Below the pieces are notes generated by a model. The model was given only the letters and a program-made list of their open reading frames with translations, did not search any database and was not told the DNA's origin. Shown in pieces: positions 7,781 through 17,242 of a DNA stretch of 64,000 nt; the first letter of the stretch is position 1; each line of letters opens with the position of its first letter. Origin of the DNA: an uncultured Chloroflexia bacterium (GTDB taxonomy: Bacteria; Chloroflexota; Ktedonobacteria; Ktedonobacterales; Ktedonobacteraceae); assembly GCA_963791835.1 (NCBI GenBank), contig CAWBTV010000007.1, positions 941,807 to 1,005,806 on the forward strand, read 5' to 3'. Position numbers and translations under genes: made by a program.

Positions 7781-8645
7781 ACAATTTTTTCCTTTTTATA
7801 AAAGATAATCCCACTAGAACCAGTCCAGCAAGTATACCAAGCAGTGCGGCCCAATAATAGCCGTGCGTGATATCGACCAGCCCAAACATAAAGAGGCTTG
7901 CGCCAAAGAGAATACGTGGCGTTAATAAAACAAGTCTATAAAATGGCAGGGAGACCGCAAGGGTCTCCCCTGCATTTTCGCGATACCCTCCATATAGGGG
8001 AGACCCTTGCGGTCTCCCTGTTTCCCGAAGTACTCTATCGACGAGTAAGAGTAGTATGAAGGCGACGACGAACCATGCCGCGAAATTTGCTAATGGCACA
8101 GCATAATAGTTGATAGGTCCGGGGGCAAGCCACTCCCAGTAGTGTTCCAGGTGGGCGGCGACAGGCTCAATTTCTAAGTCCAAGAGTGTCGCGAGTGCAG
8201 CACCCAATAATGCACCAGATACGCCAAGAGGCCGCTTTTCCGCACGTATCCAACCATAAGCCCCGAACACAATCAGTACCCACGCGAACATGACAGCCAT
8301 TGGGACTCCAACCGGCAGGCTGGGAAAAAGTACATCGGTATAACGATAAAGGCCAAAGGGAAAGCCTGTTCCTACCCCTATGGCCTCAACGATGTAAGAG
8401 AGAGTGATAACAAGCAAGCCTGCACATACACCACGCAGCCAACCATACTGTAAGCTTGCCGCCACAATGAGTAACATGCCTTCGAGGAAAAGCAGCGCAC
8501 TTCCAGCCCATGCCAGCGAAAAGGGCGGATGCACATCAAAGGCAACACCAGTTACAGCTATCGGATACGCAATACAAAATATGCCGAAAAGCACGAGAAA
8601 GATGCGTGGCCCCCATTTGAAGGTTGAATGTTGCTCAAATGTCAT
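7773..8645 (-). CDS. Polytopic membrane protein, possibly carotenoid 1,2-hydratase CruF-like (DUF422); contains an in-frame MITE (family E) insertion
   Basis: Seven or more TM segments. Sits in the locus with CrtD-, CruC- and CruD-like genes. Residues RETGRPQGSPLYGGYRENAGETLAVSLPF are encoded by repeat 7946-8019. Confidence 0.5.
   Translation of the reverse strand: MTFEQHSTFKWGPRIFLVLFGIFCIAYPIAVTGVAFDVHPPFSLAWAGSALLFLEGMLLIVAASLQYGWLRGVCAGLLVITLSYIVEAIGVGTGFPFGLYRYTDVLFPSLPVGVPMAVMFAWVLIVFGAYGWIRAEKRPLGVSGALLGAALATLLDLEIEPVAAHLEHYWEWLAPGPINYYAVPLANFAAWFVVAFILLLLVDRVLRETGRPQGSPLYGGYRENAGETLAVSLPFYRLVLLTPRILFGASLFMFGLVDITHGYYWAALLGILAGLVLVGLSFIKRKKLYA
7946..8019. mobile_element. MITE-like element, family E (two inverted copies of GGGAGACCGCAAGGGTCTCCC hairpin flanking a 24-nt spacer), translated in frame
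   Basis: Left 7946-7971 and right 7996-8019 are reverse complements. A single-hairpin relative lies at 52685-52749. Confidence 0.7.
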
Positions 8646-10033
8646 ACATTGCCACCCTGCACGGCTGCAATTCCTCGTGCATAGGCTGCTGTTTTTGTAA
8701 TGAGTGCAACTGCACCGTTGCTTGTGTCCAGAGCATAGAGCATACCATCAGAGTAGAATGTCGCAGTAGAGTTGCTAATCCAGGCTCCTAATTCAACAAA
8801 AAGGTCCGTCGAGTTTGCAAGCAATTGTGGCTTTCCCACAATTGGCTGTCCAGCAGAACTCCCGGTATGCACCATGTATACGGCATTGTGACGGTCAAAA
8901 GGAGTTTGGGCATCGCTCGAAAACACAATGTATAAGAGCGAGTGACTATCGGGTGCAAATGTCGGCGTTGTCACCCAATGATAGGCTGCGTTGTTACTAA
9001 GATCGTGCTGTTCGGGCAAAATCATGGATGTGTTTTGCAGTACAGGGTGATTAGCATCCGAAGAAACACCGATATGTGCAAGAGAAAGACTGTTTGCATA
9101 GTTGAGTGCCGAGATATCGCGTGGCACGCTTGAGTCATCGGTCGCAGGAACAACATCTTGCTTGGTCGAGTATAAAAGCGTCGTGCTATCAGGAGAAAGT
9201 GCCAATGGCCCCTGTGATGCATCGTCCGCAAGCAGTTCGAGTGGGTCTTCGAGAGGGGTAGTGGTGAGGCTCAGGCTCCACAAGCCATAATGTACAGCTT
9301 GATGGTCGCCTCGATCATCGGTAAGTAACAACGTCGAGTTTGGCTGTACCCCTTTGCCTTGCCAGAACGCAAAGACACGATAGCAGGGACAATCTGCTGC
9401 ATTATGTTGGTAAATTGGTGCGGATTTTTCTAACGGACCAACATAGAGCGTATTGTTACCAATCCCGTTCGCGGGTTCAGTACTCCATGCAACCGTTGTG
9501 CCATCGTTACTCAATATCATTGAAGTAATCACCTGCCCTGCTGGTAGCGTTGCAATTTGTTTCGGCATACCATTAAATATATCGGTGAGCCAGAGACCAT
9601 TGCCACTATAGAGAAGTTGACCCGAAGGCGTAATAAGTGGTGGGGCTGAGAGATTATAGATATAGCCAGGAGTTGTCAACACTGTCGCAAGTCCACCTGC
9701 AAGCGGAACAATAGAGATATTTTTAGGTTGCTGGTATACAACATATTTGTCCGTGGGAAGTGTAAGTTGTGGTGCTGCTGCCTGTCCAGGTGGGAGTAAA
9801 GGTCCAACATCTTTATCTGAATTGACAGTTGGCGTTGGACGAGGCACGGTACTCGTTCTGCGTGCTACCACCTGGGACAAGTTCCAGAATAACTGACCTG
9901 TAAAAAGCAAGAAAAGCATTCCAACAAGCACAAGTAACACAAATATTGCCTTTTTAGAAACAGGGCTTGAATGTGGTGATAATGGGAATGAAGCCTGTTC
10001 TGATGGAGGAGGGTTTTGTACTTGTTGTGTCAC
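8642..10033 (-). CDS. Membrane-anchored protein with TolB/PD40-like beta-propeller repeats
   Basis: N-terminal TM (IFVLLVLVGMLFLLF) followed by repeats such as LYSGNGLWLTD and TTLLYST. 4-nt overlap with the upstream gene. Confidence 0.5.
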   Translation of the reverse strand: MTQQVQNPPPSEQASFPLSPHSSPVSKKAIFVLLVLVGMLFLLFTGQLFWNLSQVVARRTSTVPRPTPTVNSDKDVGPLLPPGQAAAPQLTLPTDKYVVYQQPKNISIVPLAGGLATVLTTPGYIYNLSAPPLITPSGQLLYSGNGLWLTDIFNGMPKQIATLPAGQVITSMILSNDGTTVAWSTEPANGIGNNTLYVGPLEKSAPIYQHNAADCPCYRVFAFWQGKGVQPNSTLLLTDDRGDHQAVHYGLWSLSLTTTPLEDPLELLADDASQGPLALSPDSTTLLYSTKQDVVPATDDSSVPRDISALNYANSLSLAHIGVSSDANHPVLQNTSMILPEQHDLSNNAAYHWVTTPTFAPDSHSLLYIVFSSDAQTPFDRHNAVYMVHTGSSAGQPIVGKPQLLANSTDLFVELGAWISNSTATFYSDGMLYALDTSNGAVALITKTAAYARGIAAVQGGNV

Positions 10034-10058
10034 ACTACGTTCACTTTCTTCGCTTGGT

Positions 10059-10862
10059 TTATGCGGTCTGGTCGCCTTGAGCAGCCTGTTCTAGCTTCTG
10101 GACATGATGTTGCACAAAGGCAATCGTTTTGGCAAAGACCTCTTCGCGGTCATGGTCTTTCATGATGACATGATACGAACGATGGAATGTTACCAGATGT
10201 TTCTCTTGCGAACCGAGGAGACGGTAAATCGCGCGTCCATCTCGTGCAGGCACCACATGGTCACGCACCGAGGCCATGACGAGGGCAGGTGCGGTAATCT
10301 GTCTCAACTCGTTACGCAACCGAGGCAAGAAGCGAAGCATACTTTCAACGGGAGCCATCGGGGTCCAGCGATAGACATCGCGCGTATAACGACGCCGTGC
10401 CTCCGGGTCGCGTACATCTTCGCGCAATGTTGGTAACAAGGGAGTTACACGTTTCGCGAGTTGAATCATGGGCATCATCCATGGATGCATCGTGATGGGA
10501 GCACACATGGTCACAATACCGGCCACCTCTTCGTGTGCTGCGGCATGGAGACACAGGGCACCACCGAGGGAATGTCCGATCAGAAAGACAACATCACAGC
10601 GTTGCTTGAGTGCATGCAATTCTTCGCGTACCGCCTCAGCCCATTCAGGCCAACCAAGTGGCAACATATCCCGTACATGGCTTCCATGACCGGGTAGCAA
10701 GATATTTTCTGTCACCATCCCCTGTGCATAAAAAAGATCATTGAGTTCTTCCATATCATGCTTGCTTCCATTCAGCCCATGCACAAGCATAACACCAACT
10801 TTTAGCTTTGTGTTGGATGTCGTCTGTTGCTCCGTCTGTTGTAGTGGGGATGTGTTACCCAT
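10059..10862 (-). CDS. Alpha/beta-hydrolase (carboxylesterase/monoacylglycerol-lipase-like)
   Basis: Nucleophile elbow GHSLGG, with the HG oxyanion motif VMLVHGLNGS. Confidence 0.75.
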   Translation of the reverse strand: MGNTSPLQQTEQQTTSNTKLKVGVMLVHGLNGSKHDMEELNDLFYAQGMVTENILLPGHGSHVRDMLPLGWPEWAEAVREELHALKQRCDVVFLIGHSLGGALCLHAAAHEEVAGIVTMCAPITMHPWMMPMIQLAKRVTPLLPTLREDVRDPEARRRYTRDVYRWTPMAPVESMLRFLPRLRNELRQITAPALVMASVRDHVVPARDGRAIYRLLGSQEKHLVTFHRSYHVIMKDHDREEVFAKTIAFVQHHVQKLEQAAQGDQTA

Positions 10863-10962
10863 TTTCGTGTTCCCTTGTGTTTACATATCCGCCGCTATTC
10901 TATCTTATAGCATACCATATTGGATGCGTGAAATGCCCACTAGCCGCATACGATAATTAACG

Positions 10963-10997
10963 AATTGTAGGGGTCTAATTCATTAACCCCTACAATT
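10963..10997. repeat. Family D MITE remnant (solo terminal repeat gaattgtaggggtctaattcattaacccctacaattc)
   Basis: Shares the GTAGGGGTCTAATTCAT terminus with D1 and D3. Confidence 0.55.
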
Positions 10998-11112
10998 CAC
11001 GATCCATTCGTTACAGGAATAATTCCGCGTACATTTTTGGTTACATTAGTATGAACATCAGTCCTTATTTGTTGTACTTTTTCAGACAGAATGCTATATT
11101 TTTCCCATCCTA

Positions 11113-11182
11113 TAGGGACCGAGTTATCGCGTCCTTATAACACATGCAAGAACAGACAAGGACGCGATAAATCGGTCCCTAC
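11113..11182. mobile_element. MITE-like element, family A
   Basis: tagggaccgagttatcgcgtcc...ggacgcgataaatcggtccctac. Confidence 0.7.
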
Positions 11183-11213
11183 ATTTGACGCGCTCATTCT
11201 ATTAGGAGTTATT

Positions 11214-12350
11214 ATGAAATTTTCGACGAAAGCCATTCACGCGGGGCAAGAGCCAGACCCATCAACGGGCGCGATTATGACCCCCATTTATCAGACATCA
11301 ACCTATGCTCAGACGGGGATGGGAGAACATAAAGGGTTCGAGTACGCCCGTACAGGGAATCCAACACGGAGCGCATTGGAAGCATGTATCGCGGCCCTAG
11401 AGAACGGCACACATGGTCTTGCATTCGCAAGTGGTATGGCAGCCGAGAGCGCGGTTTTGAGCTTGTTGAGTGCTGGCGATCATATGATTTCCTGCGACGA
11501 CCTGTATGGTGGCTCATATCGTATCTTTGAACGCATCATGCGGCGTTATAATGTCGAAACGAGTTATGTTACGGCAGGCAACGTTGCGGAGTACGAGAAG
11601 GCTATTCGTCCCAACACCAAACTTATCTGGTTAGAGACTCCTACCAACCCACTACTGCGGCTTGTGGATATTCGTGCGGTGGCAGAGATAGCTCATCGCC
11701 ACAATCTGCTGCTCGTCGTAGACAACACCTTTTCAAGCCCCTACTTTCAGCAGCCCCTTGAACTAGGTGCGGACATCGTGTTGCACAGTACCACAAAATA
11801 TATCAATGGACATAGCGATGTCGTTGGTGGTGCTGTAGTTACCAGCAATGAAGAAGTCTATGAGGCTCTCAAGTTTCATCAAAATGCGGCTGGCGCGGTT
11901 CCTGGTCCTTTCGATGTGTGGCTCACCATGCGCGGTATCAAAACACTTGCGGTACGGATGCGTCAGCATGAAGAAAACGCGTATTCTGTCGCACGCTTCC
12001 TGATGGAACATAAGCGTGTAGAAAAAGTATATTATCCAGGCTTGCCATCGCATCCCGATCATGAGTTAGCCAAACAGCAGATGAGTGGCTTCGGAGGTAT
12101 GGTCTCCTTTCAAATCAAAGGAACGCTTGCCGATGTAGAGCAAGTGGTACGCCGTTTCAAGGTCTTCACCTTTGCCGAGAGTCTTGGCGGTGTAGAGTCG
12201 CTGGTATGTCATCCCGCGACCATGACGCATGGTTCCATTCCAAAAGATATTCGTGAAGCTCGTGGACTTGGTGACACCCTGCTACGCCTGTCTGTCGGTA
12301 TCGAGGATATCGAGGACATTTTGGGCGACCTTGAGCAAGCTTTAGCGTAA
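11214..12350 (+). CDS. Cys/Met-metabolism PLP-dependent enzyme (cystathionine gamma-synthase/beta-lyase family)
   Basis: MKFSTKAIHAGQEPDP...STTKYINGHSDVVGG (PLP lysine motif). The long ORF 11091..12350 is trimmed because its first 40 codons are encoded by MITE A2. Confidence 0.85.
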   Translation: MKFSTKAIHAGQEPDPSTGAIMTPIYQTSTYAQTGMGEHKGFEYARTGNPTRSALEACIAALENGTHGLAFASGMAAESAVLSLLSAGDHMISCDDLYGGSYRIFERIMRRYNVETSYVTAGNVAEYEKAIRPNTKLIWLETPTNPLLRLVDIRAVAEIAHRHNLLLVVDNTFSSPYFQQPLELGADIVLHSTTKYINGHSDVVGGAVVTSNEEVYEALKFHQNAAGAVPGPFDVWLTMRGIKTLAVRMRQHEENAYSVARFLMEHKRVEKVYYPGLPSHPDHELAKQQMSGFGGMVSFQIKGTLADVEQVVRRFKVFTFAESLGGVESLVCHPATMTHGSIPKDIREARGLGDTLLRLSVGIEDIEDILGDLEQALA

Positions 12351-12361
12351 GCAAATCCCTG

Positions 12362-12420
12362 TGCCAAAAAGCTATTGACTCAGCGTACATGTTGTACGCT
12401 GAGTCAATAGCTTTTTGGCA
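12362..12420. terminator. 59-bp perfect palindrome (28-bp arms) downstream of the PLP-enzyme gene
   Basis: tgccaaaaagctattgactcagcgtaca-tgt-tgtacgctgagtcaatagctttttggca. Confidence 0.7.
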
Positions 12421-12550
12421 TACTTCGTTACTTTTTGCTGATCAAACCGATGTATAATACAAAGGAACTATAATCTTTTCTTTCTACTATACTTTTCTAT
12501 TTCTAACTATCTTATTGACCCGTCTATATTCACGAGAGGCTCTTTCTCTA

Positions 12551-14260
12551 ATGATACAGCCCATCTTTCTTTCTACAAAGGGCATACGTCGATTGGTGCC
12601 AACCGCACTCACGATACTACTCTTGGGACTCGTCTTAAGTGCATGTGGTGGCAATGCTCAACTCCAACAACAAGCGACCACAAATAAAGCGTCACTTGAT
12701 ACGGCACTGACGCACGCAAAAGACATTGGTATACCGGACACGATGTTGCAACCCATTGTGCGTCAGGAGATGCAACTGAGTACGACCAATGCACCTGTCA
12801 CCTTGTTTAGCGATCAACCTGCGACGGACTATTATTCCAATCTTTCGCAGCGTTACCATATGCTCGCCATTCAAGTAAATGGCTTGATGACGCAGGCCAC
12901 CCAGCAATTTGATTATCAATCAACACTTGATTTGCAAGCATTCGAGAGTGTACTGGCAAAGCGTCAGGGGCAAGGATTTGTCGAGGCGAAGACATTTGCC
13001 GACCAATTGACCCAGGACCAGAAGTTACAGGCAAAAGCGCAGTATCCCAAAGATTACCTTGCCATTAGCGCAAGCGCGAAAAGTTCAGCACAGGCATTAC
13101 GACTGATGGGACCTGCCTTTGACAAACTCACGACACTGCAAAATACGATCAAGCAATTGCAATCCTCGCATCTCGATGTAACGGCGTTGAACCAGGAATA
13201 TCAGCTTGACGTTCAGCAGTTTCGCACGGCAACGAATTCAGATGGTTTTACACAAATTATTGACCAGTTGAATGCTCAGCTTCAAGAAACAACGACATTC
13301 TCAACGCAAGCCATTCCTTACGTTGGGGCCGCAAAGCTCAAACAACTCGGTAATAGTATTGACCAGATGAAGCAATATGGGCAAGATGTCAGCAGCTTCC
13401 AGAAAATGCTTACGACCGACCAAACAGCATTGAGTACCGCAAAGTCTCTCAGCGATTACCTGAAAGTGTCGGCGCAAATTGACACTGATGTTGCCTCTAT
13501 TCAAACACCGCTTATTAAAGGGCAAGCGAACTATCTCTTGACACAATTCCACCAAGAGGTTACAACGTGGGGCAATGCTCACCTGTATCATAATGCATTT
13601 GATAATAAAAACTACACTCAGGATTATGAATACGATCAGGCTGAGGGTTTCGGCTCCGATGCAGATGTAGCCGTGCAGTCAGCACAAACACCTGACGATT
13701 ATCAAGCCGCGATTGACCTGATTAACAATGACATGATGCATCTCAAAGCGATGGAAGCGGACTTAGCGGATACCACTCCCTGGAGTAAATCACATGCTAC
13801 TGATGTGCAATTGATGCAGCATTATGGCGTTATGACAGGTCCAACGGTTGTCATCTCGCTCATTGAGCAGACACTACGCTTTTATCAGGATGGTCAACTT
13901 GTCAAGGCTTATCAAATCACCTCCGGGCAATTCGATAAGCCATCACCTCCAGGCTTCTGGCATATCTTTGACCGCGAGTCACCTACGAAGTTCAAATCAA
14001 GCGAGCCAAAGGGATCGGCGTTCTGGTATCCAGACACAAAGATCAACTTTGCGATGGAATATCACGATGGCGGCTACTTTCTGCACGATAGCTGGTGGCG
14101 TGTGAACTACGGTGTGGGCACCAATTATCCACACTACGATACAGGTGGTGATGAGTCGTTTGCAGGAACTGGCAGTCACGGCTGTATCAATATGCAAGAA
14201 GATCAGATAGCATGGCTCTATGCCCATACGGGTTACGGCATGGCTGTTGTTATCTACTAA
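12551..14260 (+). CDS. L,D-transpeptidase (YkuD-domain) lipoprotein with long N-terminal domain
   Basis: Lipobox LVLSAC. C-terminal YkuD catalytic motif GTGSHGCINM. Confidence 0.75.
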   Translation: MIQPIFLSTKGIRRLVPTALTILLLGLVLSACGGNAQLQQQATTNKASLDTALTHAKDIGIPDTMLQPIVRQEMQLSTTNAPVTLFSDQPATDYYSNLSQRYHMLAIQVNGLMTQATQQFDYQSTLDLQAFESVLAKRQGQGFVEAKTFADQLTQDQKLQAKAQYPKDYLAISASAKSSAQALRLMGPAFDKLTTLQNTIKQLQSSHLDVTALNQEYQLDVQQFRTATNSDGFTQIIDQLNAQLQETTTFSTQAIPYVGAAKLKQLGNSIDQMKQYGQDVSSFQKMLTTDQTALSTAKSLSDYLKVSAQIDTDVASIQTPLIKGQANYLLTQFHQEVTTWGNAHLYHNAFDNKNYTQDYEYDQAEGFGSDADVAVQSAQTPDDYQAAIDLINNDMMHLKAMEADLADTTPWSKSHATDVQLMQHYGVMTGPTVVISLIEQTLRFYQDGQLVKAYQITSGQFDKPSPPGFWHIFDRESPTKFKSSEPKGSAFWYPDTKINFAMEYHDGGYFLHDSWWRVNYGVGTNYPHYDTGGDESFAGTGSHGCINMQEDQIAWLYAHTGYGMAVVIY

Positions 14261-14267
14261 TTTCCTA

Positions 14268-14321
14268 GAAAACATGGTATTGGTTGGTGCGTGAAGCACG
14301 TCAACCAATACCATGTTTTCT
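14268..14321. terminator. Palindromic terminator (20-bp outer stem plus inner gtgc-gtgaa-gcac hairpin)
   Basis: agaaaacatggtattggttg...caaccaataccatgttttct, directly after the ldt stop. Confidence 0.65.
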
Positions 14322-14332
14322 GTCCTATTGAT

Positions 14333-14362
14333 TTGACATATGAAGCGCATTTCTGCTATAAT
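14333..14362 (+). promoter_or_regulatory. Consensus sigma70 promoter for rpsT (-35 TTGACA, 18-bp spacer, -10 TATAAT) with about 90-nt structured leader
   Basis: TTGACA at 14333-14338 and TATAAT at 14357-14362. The leader contains hairpins ccgacggttcgtcgg and gcccggaacacgggc. Confidence 0.6.
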
Positions 14363-14450
14363 CGTTTGGCACTCAAGACCGACGGTTCGTCGGCATTTTT
14401 ATACAGAAAAGCCCGGAACACGGGCCGATTTCGGGGAGGATTTCTACCAC

Positions 14451-14717
14451 ATGCCCAATAATGCAGCCGCTGAAAAGCGCATGCGCCAGGAACAAACACG
14501 CCGCGCACATAATCGCAGCGTCAAAACGATTGTAAAAACGCAGATCACAAAGGCACGCACCGCCATCACAGCAAAAACAGTCAGTGCGGAAGATGCCGAG
14601 ACGGTAGTACGTGCGGCTGTTAGCGAACTTGATCGCGCCGCCAAAAAAGGTGTTATTCACAAAAACAATGCTGCTCGCCGCAAGTCGCGCTTGATGAAGC
14701 AGCTTAACGCAAAATAG
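14451..14717 (+). CDS. rpsT: 30S ribosomal protein S20
   Basis: MPNNAAAEKRMRQEQTRRAHNRSVKT. RBS GGGGAGGA. The ORF-track ORF is trimmed to this Met. Confidence 0.9.
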   Translation: MPNNAAAEKRMRQEQTRRAHNRSVKTIVKTQITKARTAITAKTVSAEDAETVVRAAVSELDRAAKKGVIHKNNAARRKSRLMKQLNAK

Positions 14718-14789
14718 GTTTTTGCGTCCATTGCTCTCCGGCCTATTCTTCGTTCGCCGAGCACTGAGCGCATTAGGAGGATTTTAGGG

Positions 14790-15311
14790 ATGGCTGATAA
14801 AGCTGACAACAAGGTTATCACGAAGCCAGCAGGTCATGCATTGATTGCTGCTGTCGAAAGCGCTCAGTTACGCAAAGATGTTCCAGAGCTTCGTTCCGGT
14901 GATACAGTACGCCTACAAATTAAGGTTGTTGAGGGAACGCGTGAGCGACTCCAGCCATTTGAGGGCGTGGTTATGCGTCTTCGTGGTGGTGGTATGAGCC
15001 AGAATTTCACCGTTCGGCGTATCACGAATGGTGTTGGGGTTGAACGTACATTTCTCATCAACTCTCCCCGTATCGAGAAGATTGAAGTCTTGCGTCATGC
15101 ACGCGTGCGCCGCCAGCAACTGTACTACCTGCGTGGCTTGACGGGTAAAGCGGCTCGCTTGAAGGAACTACGCCCGTTGACAGCAAAGCAGGTTGCCGCG
15201 AAAGAAGCTGCAAGGATTGCGAGAAACGCCGCAGCACCAACGCCAATCGCCAACACAACACCGACAACTGCACCGGTAGTACCAACACCAACAACGAATG
15301 CTGGCGAATAA
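14790..15311 (+). CDS. rplS: 50S ribosomal protein L19 with about 55-aa Ala/Pro/Thr-rich C-terminal extension
   Basis: L19 core [27 protein letters not shown]...[11 protein letters not shown]. Low-complexity tail. Confidence 0.9.
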   Translation: MADKADNKVITKPAGHALIAAVESAQLRKDVPELRSGDTVRLQIKVVEGTRERLQPFEGVVMRLRGGGMSQNFTVRRITNGVGVERTFLINSPRIEKIEVLRHARVRRQQLYYLRGLTGKAARLKELRPLTAKQVAAKEAARIARNAAAPTPIANTTPTTAPVVPTPTTNAGE

Positions 15312-15975
15312 AAAATACTCACCAACATTGGAAGAAGAAATGGCCCTGTATGAACAGGGCCATTCTTGTATCGCTGGCCTCGATGAGGCTGGTCGTGGTT
15401 GTCTTGCTGGTCCTGTCGTCGCGGCAGCTGTCATTCTTCCTCTTGATGCAGATACACTCACACGTTTCGCAGGTGTCAACGACTCAAAACAGTTGACAGC
15501 GCAGACGCGTGAACGCCTCTATGATGTTATTTATCAACATGCGCTTGCCGTTGGTGTCGGCTTTGGCTCTGTCGAACTGATTGACGAACGCAACATTCTA
15601 CAGGCCACAAAACAAGCGATGCGTAACGCCCTCGCACAGCTTTCTCTCGCGCCACAAGCCCTGTTGCTTGACGCCATTCTGCTAAAAGATATCGCCTTAC
15701 CACAACGTTCGCTCATCAAAGGCGACTCACGTAGCCTCTCCATAGCAGCCGCCTCGATTATTGCCAAAGTCACGCGTGACCGCTTCATGCTACAACTGCA
15801 CGAGCAATACCCCCTCTATGGTTTCGCCCAACACAAAGGGTATGGTACTGAGATGCATCTTGCCGCCCTACGCGAACATGGGGTCACGCCACATCATCGC
15901 CGCAGTTTTGCACCCGTTCGGGAGCGTGTGGAGCAGCTGAGTATGTTTGCAGGTGACGGAGATACATCAATTTGA
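15298..15975 (+). CDS. rnhB: Ribonuclease HII
   Basis: [17 protein letters not shown]...DSKQLT. The rplS-rnhB gene order is conserved. Confidence 0.9.
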   Translation: MLANKKYSPTLEEEMALYEQGHSCIAGLDEAGRGCLAGPVVAAAVILPLDADTLTRFAGVNDSKQLTAQTRERLYDVIYQHALAVGVGFGSVELIDERNILQATKQAMRNALAQLSLAPQALLLDAILLKDIALPQRSLIKGDSRSLSIAAASIIAKVTRDRFMLQLHEQYPLYGFAQHKGYGTEMHLAALREHGVTPHHRRSFAPVRERVEQLSMFAGDGDTSI

Positions 15976-15982
15976 TGCAATA

Positions 15983-16130
15983 AATACGAAACGTCCGTAG
16001 GGGTCTAATTCTATTACACCCTTGTGGCAATGAACAATCTTGGAAGAGAATGAGAATTGTTACAACATCCTCCCAAATTGTATATTGTTTACAGGGTGCA
16101 ATAGAATTAGACCCCTACGGACGTTTCGTA
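15983..16130. mobile_element. MITE-like element, family D with extended terminal repeats (ATACGAAACGTCCGTAGGGGTCTAATTC)
   Basis: Outer 28-nt terminal repeats are perfect reverse complements. The internal sequence is related to D1. Confidence 0.75.
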
Positions 16131-16137
16131 TCCTAAT

Positions 16138-16494
16138 TTAGCTATCGAGCGATGTTGAAAGATGTTCAAACAAACGCTCTCGGTCAGCATAATTCTTGAC
16201 AACAACTACTTTGTCCTTATACTTTTCGAGATGTATACGCACGAACTCCGCAGTAATTGGTATCTCAAGCATACACTTTTCAAGACGTGCCACTAAAATT
16301 GGTGAGTCAGGGAGTTCAGCATCCTCTGCTTGCTCAGCAAGATATACCTGTACTGCCTCTGCTACAGGTGTAGTGGGACGGATAGTGTCTTTATAGTAGT
16401 GACGTGTGAACTGCAGAAAGTTGAAGAGCGTCTTTACACCAGAATAGGGATTCGTGCCGTCACCAGGACCTCCAAGAATGTGTATTTTTACCAC
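16138..16494 (-). CDS. Hypothetical protein
   Basis: 118-aa ORF ending immediately after MITE D3, with no recognisable motif. It is divergent from tetR. Confidence 0.4.
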   Translation of the reverse strand: MVKIHILGGPGDGTNPYSGVKTLFNFLQFTRHYYKDTIRPTTPVAEAVQVYLAEQAEDAELPDSPILVARLEKCMLEIPITAEFVRIHLEKYKDKVVVVKNYADRERLFEHLSTSLDS

Positions 16495-16540
16495 CGTTTT
16501 TCCTTTTGGTGTTATTGACTTTTCTTTATTATATTATACA

Positions 16541-16557
16541 ATGAATGAGGTTCATTC
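16541..16557. promoter_or_regulatory. Putative TetR operator 1 (TGAATGA-GGT-TCATTCA) in the tetR promoter region
   Basis: Perfect 7-bp inverted repeat overlapping the TACAAT -10-like hexamer. A second, longer copy lies upstream of the P450 gene. Confidence 0.5.
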
Positions 16558-16578
16558 AAAGGTGAAGGAAAAAGAGAG

Positions 16579-17196
16579 ATGGCAGAGCGGATAAATGAAG
16601 AGACACGACCAAAACGAGAACTTATTCTCGCGGCGGCACGCGACCTTTTTGTGAACAGAGGATACGAGGAGACAACGATTGCCGATATAGCTCGGGCGGC
16701 TGGGGTCGCGGTTGGGACGGTTTATCTCTACTTTCGTAACAAGCACGAGGTCTATACAGGAGTTGCGCTTGATGTAAAGGCGATGATTGCAGGTGCATTT
16801 CAAGCACCCTCAATGCTTAACCTACCATTTGAGCAGATACCAGCAGCAATGATTGCAGCTTCGTTTCGTGTATGTCGCGAGCACAAAAATCTGGTCTCAC
16901 TCTTACAAATAGATATGCAATCTTCAGAAGAAATACTTCTGCATAAGCAATCAGAAGAGCGTGTCACGGAAGCCATTGACACTGTATTACGCATTGGTAT
17001 TGCTCAAGGGCATCTCGCTCCATTTAATACACAGATGTATGCTAGAATGCTTAATTTGTCTGCAAGTAGTGTTTTTCATCAATGCTACGCAGTTGAAAGA
17101 GGTGAGCGAGAGGACGTGTATCAAGAGTATCTAACAGAATTTGTTGAACGTCTCTTTTTTGGACCATCACTTCAAGAGGGCAAAAAAGAGTTGTAA
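16579..17196 (+). CDS. TetR/AcrR-family transcriptional regulator
   Basis: N-terminal HTH (AAARDLFVNRGYEETTIADIARAAGVAVGTVYLYFRNKHEV). Confidence 0.85.
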   Translation: MAERINEETRPKRELILAAARDLFVNRGYEETTIADIARAAGVAVGTVYLYFRNKHEVYTGVALDVKAMIAGAFQAPSMLNLPFEQIPAAMIAASFRVCREHKNLVSLLQIDMQSSEEILLHKQSEERVTEAIDTVLRIGIAQGHLAPFNTQMYARMLNLSASSVFHQCYAVERGEREDVYQEYLTEFVERLFFGPSLQEGKKEL

Positions 17197-17242
17197 TATG
17201 TCTAACCTAAGACATATTACAAACGTATACAGTGTAGTCTTT

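Noticed and set aside
7946-8019. Idea that the family-E element is a simple intergenic terminator mis-placed inside a gene (that is, that the CruF-like ORF actually ends before it)
   Set aside because: The reading frame continues for about 60 further residues that form two clean TM helices, with the stop at 7773 overlapping the next gene's start. This is consistent with a genuine in-frame insertion rather than two separate ORFs, though ortholog alignment is needed.
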